From assembly GCA_040386535.1 (NCBI GenBank), contig JAZKFH010000032.1, forward strand, positions 160,001-224,000: DNA of 64,000 nt, in the 5' to 3' direction. The translations under genes and the position numbers were made by a program. The notes under the pieces are model-generated. The model was not told the DNA's origin and did not search any database. It saw only the letters and a program-made list of their open reading frames with translations. Source of the DNA: Myxococcota bacterium. GTDB taxonomy: Bacteria; Myxococcota_A; UBA796; SXON01. This document shows, piece after piece, positions 19,979 to 28,408 of this stretch (position 1 is its first letter; each line of letters starts with the position of its first letter).

Positions 19979-20857
19979 CTACCCACCTGGGAGTTTCCTT
20001 CCCAGGCTCTCGGCGGACACCCGCTCGCCCGGGCACTCATCGTCCACGCCACCGCGCCGTTGGCGGACGGCACGCCGCGCGGAGACGAGCTCCGGGAGCG
20101 GCACGCCGGTGGCCTCGGCGTCGTCCAGCGCGCGGTCCGCCTCGACCAGCCACGTGTAGACCGGCGGGGCGGTGCCTCCACAATCCGCGGGGTCGACGCG
20201 ACCGCCCGTGGCCGCGAGGATCGCCCGGGCGCGGGTGAGCTGCGCCAGGGCGCGGCCGCGATCGTCGTCCTCGGCGAGCGCCACGGCTCGGGTGGCCGCC
20301 TCCAGCGCCTCCTCCGGCCGCCCGACCACCACGAGCGCCTCGCCGAGCGCCTGTTGGAACGCGGCGCGCTCGGGGTGCTCGGTTGCGAGGGCCGTGAACG
20401 TCGTGACCGCCGCGTCCGCTGCCCCGCTCGAAAGATCGAGCAGGCCGAGGCTGTGACGCACCGCCACGTCGCCCGGGGCGCGCGCGAGCGCCTCCTCGAA
20501 CCGGCGCCGGGCGAGAGTGGGGTTGCCCTCCGCCATCGCGACGCTGCCGAGGCCCTTGTAGCCGAGGGGGCTCTGCGGATGGGCCTCGACACACTGCTGG
20601 AAGGCCTCGCGCGCGGCGTCGGTCTCGGCGGCGAGGTGCAGGGTCCACCCGAGGCCGTACAGCGCGTCGGCGCGCCCCGGATCGTCCGCCAGCACCGCGC
20701 GCCACGCGGCCTCGGCCGCCACGAGGTCGGACCTGTCGAGCGCGTGCTGGGCGGCGGCCACGCGCCGGGCCACCGAGGTGAGCCGCAGGCCCAGGACGGC
20801 GGCGAGCGCGACGGCGGCGAACACCCCGGCAATCACGACTCGACGGGCCTGCGTCAC
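19979..20857 (-). CDS. Membrane-anchored TPR protein
   Basis: GTG at 20857 overlaps the regulator stop; N-terminal TM then TPRs (DALYGLGW, GYKGLG, VRHSLG). Confidence 0.7.
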   Translation of the reverse strand: MTQARRVVIAGVFAAVALAAVLGLRLTSVARRVAAAQHALDRSDLVAAEAAWRAVLADDPGRADALYGLGWTLHLAAETDAAREAFQQCVEAHPQSPLGYKGLGSVAMAEGNPTLARRRFEEALARAPGDVAVRHSLGLLDLSSGAADAAVTTFTALATEHPERAAFQQALGEALVVVGRPEEALEAATRAVALAEDDDRGRALAQLTRARAILAATGGRVDPADCGGTAPPVYTWLVEADRALDDAEATGVPLPELVSARRAVRQRRGGVDDECPGERVSAESLGRKLPGG

Positions 20858-22227
20858 GGCTCGATCCCGTACTCGCGGATCTTGTAGAGCAGCGTCTTGT
20901 AGGCGATCTCGAGCACGCGGGCGGCGGCCGCCTTGTTGCCCTCCGACTGCACGAGCGCCCGCTCGATGAGGCGCCGCTCCAGGGCGGCCACCTGCACGGG
21001 GATCGAGAGATCCTCCCCGCTCGGCGGGCCCCTCCGGAGCTCGGACTGTGCCGCGGGCACGCGCAGCTCGCGCGGCAGATCCTCGGGGGTGATGACACGA
21101 CCGTCGCACACCAGCAGCGCGCGTTCCAGCGCGTTCTCCAGCTGCCGCACGTTCCCCGGCCACCCGTGCGCGAGGAGGATCCGGAGCGTCTCGTCGGGGA
21201 GCACGGGCCGGGGGAGCCGCATGCGCACCGCCAGCGCGCCGAGCAGGTGCTCGACGAGCAGCGGGATGTCCTCCGCGCGTTCGCGCAGCGGCGGGATGTG
21301 CAGATGCACGACGGCGAGCCGGTAGAAGAGGTCCTCGCGGAAGCGCGGCGGCGCGAGCGGCTGGGCGGAGGCGGCCACGATGCGCACGTCGACCGCCTGG
21401 TCCGCGCGGGCGCCGAGGCGGCGCACCATCCCGTCTTCGAGCACGCGGAGGAGCTTGCTCTGGAGCGGCGGGGGCAGATCCCCGATCTCGTCGAGGAACA
21501 ACGTGCCCTTGTCCGCCTGCTCGAACAGGCCGGGGTGCGCCTGGACCGCGCCGGTGAACGCGCCGCGCATGTGCCCGAACAGCTCGCTCTCCAGCAGGGC
21601 CTCGGGGATGGCGGCGCAGTTGATCGCGACCCACGGCCCCTTGGCGCGCGGCGAGAGGCGATGGAGCGCGCGGGCGAGCAGCTCCTTCCCGGTCCCGCTC
21701 TCGCCCGACAGGAGCACCGTGGAGTCGTGGCGCGCGGCGCGCCCGAGCACCCTCAGCAGCTCCCCGATCGCGGGGGAACGGCCGACGAAGCCCTCGACCG
21801 GCTCCCCGACACGCTCCTGGAGCCGCGCGTTCTCCACGGCGAGGCGCCCCCGATCGGCCGAGAGGGCCTCGCGCTCGGCGAGCTTCCGCAGCGTCAGGAC
21901 GATCTCGTCCGCCTTGAACGGCTTGGACACGTAATCGTAGGCCCCGCGCCGCATCGCCTCGAGCGCGGTGTCGACGGTGCCGTAGGCGCTCATCATCACG
22001 ACCGGCGGGGCCCCGGGCGGCAGCGCGCCGAGGAACGTGAGCCCGTCCATCTCGGGCATCCGCACGTCGCAGAGCACCACGTCCGCCTCGCCGAGCCGCG
22101 CGAGCGCCTCGCGCCCGTTCGCCGCCACGACCACGCCGTAGCCGGCACGTCCGAGGATGAGGGTGAGGAGGTGACGGAGGTTCTCCTCGTCGTCGACCAC
22201 CAGCACGCGGAGGGGGGAGTCGGGCAC
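20854..22227 (-). CDS. Sigma-54-dependent response regulator (NtrC/PilR family)
   Basis: Receiver (VLVVDDE, CDVRMP, KPF), AAA+ (GESGTGKE, ESELFGHMRGAFTGA, LFLDEIG, WPGNVRQLEN) and a Fis-type HTH. Confidence 0.93.
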   Translation of the reverse strand: MPDSPLRVLVVDDEENLRHLLTLILGRAGYGVVVAANGREALARLGEADVVLCDVRMPEMDGLTFLGALPPGAPPVVMMSAYGTVDTALEAMRRGAYDYVSKPFKADEIVLTLRKLAEREALSADRGRLAVENARLQERVGEPVEGFVGRSPAIGELLRVLGRAARHDSTVLLSGESGTGKELLARALHRLSPRAKGPWVAINCAAIPEALLESELFGHMRGAFTGAVQAHPGLFEQADKGTLFLDEIGDLPPPLQSKLLRVLEDGMVRRLGARADQAVDVRIVAASAQPLAPPRFREDLFYRLAVVHLHIPPLRERAEDIPLLVEHLLGALAVRMRLPRPVLPDETLRILLAHGWPGNVRQLENALERALLVCDGRVITPEDLPRELRVPAAQSELRRGPPSGEDLSIPVQVAALERRLIERALVQSEGNKAAAARVLEIAYKTLLYKIREYGIEP

Positions 22228-22230
22228 TCG

Positions 22231-22280
22231 GCGGATGATACCGGAGGGCGGATGATACCGGAGCGCGGATGATACCGGAG
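22231..22280. repeat. Three exact copies of GCGGATGATACCGGAG at 17-bp period
   Basis: Copies at 22231-22246, 22248-22263 and 22265-22280, separated by single bases, between divergent genes. Confidence 0.95.
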
Positions 22281-23588
22281 CGGTGCGTGCCCCGCCTCCT
22301 CCAGCTCGTTCACGGCTACCCCCCGGCGCAGGCCGCGGGGACCGAACAATACGCGCGCCGCCTCGCGGACGGCCTGCGCGCGCGCGGGTGGGACGTGCAC
22401 ACGCTGGCGGTCGCCCCCGCGCCCGGCGCCGCCCCCTACGCGGTCACCGAGGCCCCCGGCCTCACCCGGGTCGCCAACAACGCGCCCTACGCGGGGCTCC
22501 GGCGCGGGGCGTCCGACCCGGCGATCGATCGCGTGGTGGCCGATCTCGCGGGGCGCTTCCGCCCCGACATCGTGCACGTGCAGCACCTCACGTCGCTCTC
22601 CACCACCTTCCGGGTCGACGCGCCCGTGGTGTGGACCCTGCACGACGCCTGGGCGTGGTGCCCGGCGGGCGGGCTGCTGCTTCGAGAAGCGCCTGGGCAC
22701 CCCGAGAAGCGGCCCTGCGACGGCCCCGGCGCCGCCTGCGCCGCGTGCGCATCCGGCTGGGCGCGCGACACCCCCGCCCTCACCCGCGCGTTGGGCGTGG
22801 CGGGGCGCGCCGGCCGCCACGTCGATCCCGCGCGCCTCCAGGCCCTCTGGCGCCGCCTCCCCGGCGGACTCCGCGGCCGCCTCGTCGGCGGTGCCGCGCC
22901 TCCTCTCACCCCCGCGCACCTCGCCCGCCGCGACGCCGCCATCCGCGCCTTCGCGTCGTCTTGCGCGCACATCATCAGCCCCAGCCGGTGGCTCGCCGAC
23001 GCGGCCGTGGCCCAGGGCTTCCCCGCCCCCACGGTCATCCCGCACGGCGTCGACCCGGTCACCCCGCGCCACCCCGACGCCGCGCGCGGCCCCTTCCTGT
23101 TCCTCGGCACGCTCGCCGCGCACAAGGGCCCCCACCTCGTCCGGGCCGCGTGGCGCGCGTCCGGCGTCGACGTGCCTTTGCGCGTGCACGGCCCCCCCGG
23201 CTCCGACGCCGCCTACGTCGCGGGGCTCCCCAACGACGGCCCGCTCGACGCCGCCGACGTGCCCCACCACCTGTCACGCGCCCGCGCGCTCGTGCTCGGC
23301 TCGCTCTGGCCGGAGAACGCCCCGCTCGTGATTCTCGAGGCGCGCGCCGCGGGCTGCCCGGTCGTGGCCCCGGACATCGGCGGGATCCGCGAGCTCGTGA
23401 CCCCCGGGGTGGACGGGTGGTTGTACCCCCCGGGCGACGAGGCCGCGCTCGCCGAATGCCTGCGTGCCGCCGCGCTCGCGACGCTCCCCGTCTCGCCGCC
23501 GCCCCGCTTCTCCACCCACCTCGATCGCGTCGCGTTGCTCTACCAGTCGGTCGGTGGAGCCCGTACCCGTCGCGTCGGCGGCGTATAA
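22269..23588 (+). CDS. Glycosyltransferase family 4
   Basis: HGYPPAQAAGTE, PDIVHVQH, TLHDAW, HKG, ENAPLVILEA, DIGGIRELV. Alternative GTG start at 22287. Confidence 0.9.
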   Translation: MIPERCVPRLLQLVHGYPPAQAAGTEQYARRLADGLRARGWDVHTLAVAPAPGAAPYAVTEAPGLTRVANNAPYAGLRRGASDPAIDRVVADLAGRFRPDIVHVQHLTSLSTTFRVDAPVVWTLHDAWAWCPAGGLLLREAPGHPEKRPCDGPGAACAACASGWARDTPALTRALGVAGRAGRHVDPARLQALWRRLPGGLRGRLVGGAAPPLTPAHLARRDAAIRAFASSCAHIISPSRWLADAAVAQGFPAPTVIPHGVDPVTPRHPDAARGPFLFLGTLAAHKGPHLVRAAWRASGVDVPLRVHGPPGSDAAYVAGLPNDGPLDAADVPHHLSRARALVLGSLWPENAPLVILEARAAGCPVVAPDIGGIRELVTPGVDGWLYPPGDEAALAECLRAAALATLPVSPPPRFSTHLDRVALLYQSVGGARTRRVGGV

Positions 23589-23614
23589 GGAAGGTTCGAT
23601 CGGAAAGGGGAATC

Positions 23615-24049
23615 ATGAGCGACCGCCTGCGCCAGCTCGCCGACCGCGTCAGCGACTTCCTCGTGCGCATGGACATCGATCCGGACCGCAACCCCGAGGG
23701 CATCTTCCTGCTGAAGTACGGCTCCACCGTCGTGATGGTGTCGATCTTCGAGGACGACACCCACGTCTTCGTGCGGTTCGCGTCGACCCTGCTCTCGGGG
23801 GCGCGCCCGCAGCTCGAGCTCGTGATGCGGCTGCTCCGCATGAACACGGAGGTGCTCTTCGGCGCGTTCCTCCTGTTCGAGGACGACGCGGTGTCGTTCA
23901 CCCACACGCTCCTCGGCGACACGCTCTCGTTCGAGGAGTTCAGCCACGCCCTCCAGTACGTGGCGCGGGTGAGCGACGATCACGACGAGGAGCTCCAGGC
24001 GCTCGCCGGCGGGCAGCGGGCGGAGGAGATCCTGGCCGGAGACGGATGA
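23615..24049 (+). CDS. YbjN/type III secretion chaperone-like domain protein
   Basis: ATG 23615 after AAGGGG; YGSTVVMV...LLRMN...LFGAF...DDHDEEL pattern, 144 aa, acidic. Confidence 0.7.
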   Translation: MSDRLRQLADRVSDFLVRMDIDPDRNPEGIFLLKYGSTVVMVSIFEDDTHVFVRFASTLLSGARPQLELVMRLLRMNTEVLFGAFLLFEDDAVSFTHTLLGDTLSFEEFSHALQYVARVSDDHDEELQALAGGQRAEEILAGDG

Positions 24050-24065
24050 CGATTCGCGTGTTGCC

Positions 24066-25280
24066 GTGAGCCTACGTGTCCTGCACGTCGCCCACGGCTG
24101 GCCCCCCGGAAACGTGGGCGGCACCGAGCTCTACGCGGCCGCGCTCGCCGAGGCCCAGCGCGGCGCCGGCGCGATCGTGGCGCACTGGGTCCCCGCCCCC
24201 GCCGGCCCGCTCCGGTTCCGCGAGACGTTCGCCCGCCCCGCGGTGGACGCCGCGTTCGGGAGAGCGGCGACCGAGGCGTTCGCGGGAGAGCGGCCCGACA
24301 TCGTGCACGTGCACCACCTCACCGGCGCGTCGATGGGGATCCCCGCCGTGGCGCGTGGGCTCGGTGCGCGCGTCCTCTTCACGCTGCACGACGCGTGGCT
24401 CGCCTGCGCGCGCGGGCAGCTCGTCGATCGCTCCGGAGCCCGATGCGCGGGCCCGTCCGTCGATCGGTGCGCCCGCTGCCTCGCCCCGGCGGTGTGGGCG
24501 CCGCTGCCCGCGTCGGTGGCCGATCGGCTCCCCCTCCGTCGGGACCTGATCCGCGCTCGGACCGGCGCGCTCGCCGCTCTCCGGGCCTCGGTCGACCTGT
24601 TCCTCTCCCCCTCGCGGCACCTCCCGACGCGGCTCGGGATCTCCGCCACGTGGCTGCCCCTCCCGCTGCTCCGACCGATCGCGCCCGCGCCGCCGAGCCC
24701 CGACGGCCCCGTCCGGTTCCTGTTCCTCGGCGGCCTCCTCCCCACCAAGGGCCCTGCCGTGGCGCTCGAGGCCTTCGCGCGCCTCCCGGCCGGGGCGGCG
24801 ACCCTGCGGATCGTGGGGCCCGCGCTGCCCTACGACGGGCGCACCACCTACGTCGACGCGCTCCGCGCCCGCGTGGAGCAGGTGCCCGGCGCCACGCTCC
24901 TCGGCCCGTGCCCGGCGGACCAGGTGGCCGCGCTCTTCGCCGAGGCGGACGTGCTCCTCTTCCCCAGCACGTGGGAGGAGAACAGCCCGCTGGTGTTGCG
25001 CGAGGCCGCGGCCGCGGGGCTCCGGATCGTCGCGAGCGACGTGCCGGGCGTCACCGAGGTGCTCGGCGAGGCCTCGCGCGACGAGCCCGGGGGCGCCGTG
25101 CGGGTCGAGCCGGGCTCGGTGGACGCCTGGCGGCGGGCGCTCGCGGCCGAGGTACGCAGGGGGCGTGCCCGGGGGCCCGTCCTCGCCACGGAGCCCCTCG
25201 ACGTCCACGCGGCGCGCGTGCTCGCTCTGTACGACGACCTGCTGCACGTGCCGCGGGACGTTCGTGGAGGAGTGCTGTAG
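24066..25280 (+). CDS. Glycosyltransferase family 4
   Basis: HGWPPGNVGGTE, PDIVHVHH, TLHDAW, TKG, ENSPLVLREA, SDVPG; paralogue of 22269..23588. Confidence 0.9.
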   Translation: MSLRVLHVAHGWPPGNVGGTELYAAALAEAQRGAGAIVAHWVPAPAGPLRFRETFARPAVDAAFGRAATEAFAGERPDIVHVHHLTGASMGIPAVARGLGARVLFTLHDAWLACARGQLVDRSGARCAGPSVDRCARCLAPAVWAPLPASVADRLPLRRDLIRARTGALAALRASVDLFLSPSRHLPTRLGISATWLPLPLLRPIAPAPPSPDGPVRFLFLGGLLPTKGPAVALEAFARLPAGAATLRIVGPALPYDGRTTYVDALRARVEQVPGATLLGPCPADQVAALFAEADVLLFPSTWEENSPLVLREAAAAGLRIVASDVPGVTEVLGEASRDEPGGAVRVEPGSVDAWRRALAAEVRRGRARGPVLATEPLDVHAARVLALYDDLLHVPRDVRGGVL

Positions 25281-25290
25281 ATTCCGCGCC

Positions 25291-26445
25291 ATGGTCCCCA
25301 TCACCTTCGCCCTCTCCACGCTCGCCGTCTCCGCGCTGGTCCCCTCCGCACGCGCCGCCGATGACGCCTGCTTCGCCTGCTGCCAGGCGGGCGGCCTCGC
25401 CAGCTGCAAGGCCGAGATCCGCGTCTACGGAGAGGGCGCCCGGGTGGCGCGCGAGGGCGCGGTGTGGCGCGTCGTCGGGCTCTGGGAGATCGGCTGCGAC
25501 GGGGTGGGCGTCTTCGACGCCGGCGCCACCGTGGTCCTCGACCATGCCCCGCTCGTGGGCGAGTTGATCATGCAGGCGCTCAACCCGCTCCAGGTCCACT
25601 GCTTCACGCAGGCGTGCGCCCTCCCCGCCACCACCTGCGTCACCCCGTCCGACGATCTCGGGCGCTTCTTCCTGCTCGACTGTGACACCGAGCTGCCGGT
25701 CGACGGCATCACGCTGTCCGACGTGAAGCCCGTCACCCGCTTGCCGAGCACCAAGGTGGTCGTGGTCGACGGGCGGCCCCTCGTCGTCCAGCCGGTCAGC
25801 GGCAGCGCGTTCGCTCCGGGCACGACGAACGGGGCCCACGCACCCGCACGGTCGGGGAGCCCGCGCATCGCCCCGATCGGCGCCGCGACCCCGGAGGCGA
25901 GGGTGCCGGTGGCGAGCGTGCCTGCTCCCGCGCCGGTCCCCGTGTACACGCCCGCACCCCCTCCAGTCGCGCCCGCGCCGCCCGTCGCCGCGCCGCAGCC
26001 CCCGCCGAGCAGCGATCCGATGGCCGCCCTTGCCGCCACCCTCCCCGCCGACCCGCCCACCGCCTGCAAGCCCCCCGCCGACGCCCTGCGTGGCGAGGCA
26101 CGCAAGCGCGTCGACTCCGGCGATGACCGCCGCATCAAGAAGGACGCGCTCGGGGCCCTCCAGGAATACCGCGCGGCCCTCACCATGGACCCGTGCAACG
26201 CCTACGCGTGGAACGGCATCGGGGACATCGCCAACGAGGCCGCCCGGCCCGACCTCGCCGTGCGCGCGCTGCGCAACACCACGCGCCTGCTCCCCGGCCA
26301 TTACGGCGCGTGGACGATGCTCGGGCGCAACTACGAGGCGCTCCGCCAGAACGTCCTCGCGGCCGAGGCCTACGCACAGGCGCTTCAGCTCAGGCCGGGC
26401 CTCCCCGAGGCGCTCGACGGCTGGCGACGGACCGCCGCCCCGTAG
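25291..26445 (+). CDS. Secreted protein: Cys-rich N-domain, Pro-rich linker, C-terminal TPRs
   Basis: Signal peptide ending ARA-AD, CFACC, Pro-rich linker, AYAWNGIG and GAWTMLG TPRs. Confidence 0.7.
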   Translation: MVPITFALSTLAVSALVPSARAADDACFACCQAGGLASCKAEIRVYGEGARVAREGAVWRVVGLWEIGCDGVGVFDAGATVVLDHAPLVGELIMQALNPLQVHCFTQACALPATTCVTPSDDLGRFFLLDCDTELPVDGITLSDVKPVTRLPSTKVVVVDGRPLVVQPVSGSAFAPGTTNGAHAPARSGSPRIAPIGAATPEARVPVASVPAPAPVPVYTPAPPPVAPAPPVAAPQPPPSSDPMAALAATLPADPPTACKPPADALRGEARKRVDSGDDRRIKKDALGALQEYRAALTMDPCNAYAWNGIGDIANEAARPDLAVRALRNTTRLLPGHYGAWTMLGRNYEALRQNVLAAEAYAQALQLRPGLPEALDGWRRTAAP

Positions 26446-26490
26446 TCCCGGGGCCCCGCCGCCTCCTGCCCCGTGTTACCCGCGGTCCTC

Positions 26491-27210
26491 ATGGACCCCG
26501 TACTTCCCGTCTACCTGGCCTCCGTCGCCGCGGCGGACGACGGCTTCTCGATCTTCGCCCTCGTGCTCGAGGCCGACTTCGTCGTGCAGTCGGTGCTCTT
26601 CCTGCTCCTGGCGATGTCCGTGGCCTGCTGGGCCATCATCCTGAACAAGTACCTCGCGGTACGGCGCGCCTCGGTGCAGTCCCAGGCGTTCCTCGACGCC
26701 TTCTGGAAGGCGCCGGCGCTCGAGGACATCTACGCGCGGCTGGGGCGGTACCCGAGCGCACCCGTCGGCGCGGTGTTCAAGTCCGGGTATGACGAGCTTG
26801 AACGCCTCACGACGGCGACCGCCGCGGGCGGCATGGATCTCGGCCTGACCGAGAACATCGAGCGCGCGCTCCGGCGCACCGCGAACACCGAGCTGAACCG
26901 GCTCGAGAGCCTCATCCCGATCCTCGCCACCACCGGCTCGACCGGCCCCTTCATCGGGTTGTTCGGCACGGTGTGGGGCATCCTGCGCGCGTTCCAGAAG
27001 ATCGGCGTCACGGGCCAGGCCTCCATCCAGACCGTCGGGCCCGACATCGCGCACGCGCTGGTCGCCACGGCGGTGGGCCTGCTCGCCGCCATCCCCGCCG
27101 TCATGGCGTACAACTTCTTCAACAGCCGCATCCGGGGAATCGCGAGCGAGATGGACGCGTTCTCGTCCGACTTCCTCAACATCGTGAAGCGCCACTACCG
27201 GGGCCGTTGA
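26491..27210 (+). CDS. tolQ: TolQ (MotA/ExbB family)
   Basis: LATTGSTGPFIGLFGTVWGI, ALVATAVGLLAAIPAVMAYN. Start 26491 (ATG) or 26473 (GTG). Confidence 0.93.
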   Translation: MDPVLPVYLASVAAADDGFSIFALVLEADFVVQSVLFLLLAMSVACWAIILNKYLAVRRASVQSQAFLDAFWKAPALEDIYARLGRYPSAPVGAVFKSGYDELERLTTATAAGGMDLGLTENIERALRRTANTELNRLESLIPILATTGSTGPFIGLFGTVWGILRAFQKIGVTGQASIQTVGPDIAHALVATAVGLLAAIPAVMAYNFFNSRIRGIASEMDAFSSDFLNIVKRHYRGR

Positions 27211-27211
27211 G

Positions 27212-27649
27212 ATGGGAATGAGCGGCCCCTCGCGCGACGGCGGGATGATGGCGGACATCAATGTGACGCCCTTCGTCGACGTCATGCTCGTCCTCCTGAT
27301 CATCTTCATGGTGACCGCGCCGATGATGACCACGGGCGTGGCGCTGGAGCTGCCGCACGCGGAGGCGCCTTCGCTCGCGGTCGACGAGGAGCAGCTCGTC
27401 CTCTCGGTCACCGCCGACGAGACGTACTACCTCGGCAAGAACGTGTTCCCGTTGGACGAGCTCAAGGTGAAGCTCGCGGCGATCGCCAAGGAGAACCCGG
27501 ATCAGCAGGTGTTCGTGCGCGCGGACGGCACGCTCGCCTACGAGAAGGTGCTCCAGCTGCTCGCCGTGGCGCAGAACGCCGGCGTGGCGAAGGTGGGCCT
27601 CGTGACACAGCCCGGCCCGGTCTCCGAAGGCCTGGGCGAGGCGCCGTAG
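27212..27649 (+). CDS. tolR: TolR (ExbD family)
   Basis: DINVTPFVDVMLVLLIIFMVTAP, VRAD, KVGLVT. Confidence 0.93.
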   Translation: MGMSGPSRDGGMMADINVTPFVDVMLVLLIIFMVTAPMMTTGVALELPHAEAPSLAVDEEQLVLSVTADETYYLGKNVFPLDELKVKLAAIAKENPDQQVFVRADGTLAYEKVLQLLAVAQNAGVAKVGLVTQPGPVSEGLGEAP

Positions 27650-27652
27650 CCG

Positions 27653-28408
27653 ATGCCTGTCGGGCCCTCGATCACCTGGGAGATCCCCGTCGCGTTGCTC
27701 GTGCACGTGGCGTTGGCGGCGATCGTGGCGGTCGGCAAGTGCTCGGGCTCGGACGAGCCGCTCTTCAAGCCCGAGGACACGATCCAGGTGGCGCTCGCCG
27801 GCCCGCCCAAGAACGTGACCCGCATGCCGCAGAAGGCCGAACGCGCGCCCGACGCGCCCAAGGCCCCCGACACTCCCAAGGCGCCGGACACGCCGCCCCC
27901 GCCCAATGCGAGCGACATGGCGTTCAAGACGGACCAGGCGCCCAAGGTCAAGGGGGATCCCAACGCGGAGGCGCGCCAGAAGGCGATCGACGATCTGCGG
28001 CGCCGGCAGGCCTTGCAGGATCTCACCGCGCCCGTCGGCAAGGAAGATCGGTTGGCTTCCAATCCGGATGGGTCGGAGGACGCGGGGTCCACGGCGTCGA
28101 GCGGCATCAACGATCCGGAGCTGGCGCGCTGGAACGCCAAGACACGGGAGCAGGTCGGCCAGAGTTGGCACCCGCTGCGGTCCTTGTGCCTGGCCAACCC
28201 CGGCCTCGAAGTCATCGTCGCGGTCGACATCGACGCGAGCGGGAACACCCTCGGCGCCCCGACCGTCAAGAAGAAGAGCGGGAACGCCTCTTTCGACGAG
28301 GCGGGCCGCCGCGCCGTCGAGGCCAGCGGCGCGCTTCCCAAGCCCCCGGCGAAGTTCACCGACGGCCTCATCGCCTCGATCAAGTTCACCGGCAAGGAGT
28401 GCCAATGA
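27653..28408 (+). CDS. tolA: TolA/TonB-family energy transducer (short)
   Basis: TM helix with His (ALLVHVAL), Pro/Lys linker, SGNASFDEAGRRAV C-terminal domain; between tolR and tolB. Confidence 0.8.
   Translation: MPVGPSITWEIPVALLVHVALAAIVAVGKCSGSDEPLFKPEDTIQVALAGPPKNVTRMPQKAERAPDAPKAPDTPKAPDTPPPPNASDMAFKTDQAPKVKGDPNAEARQKAIDDLRRRQALQDLTAPVGKEDRLASNPDGSEDAGSTASSGINDPELARWNAKTREQVGQSWHPLRSLCLANPGLEVIVAVDIDASGNTLGAPTVKKKSGNASFDEAGRRAVEASGALPKPPAKFTDGLIASIKFTGKECQ

Noticed and set aside
22231..22280. Possible mini CRISPR array
   Set aside because: Repeats are 16 bp with 1-bp gaps, there are no spacers, and no cas genes are present.
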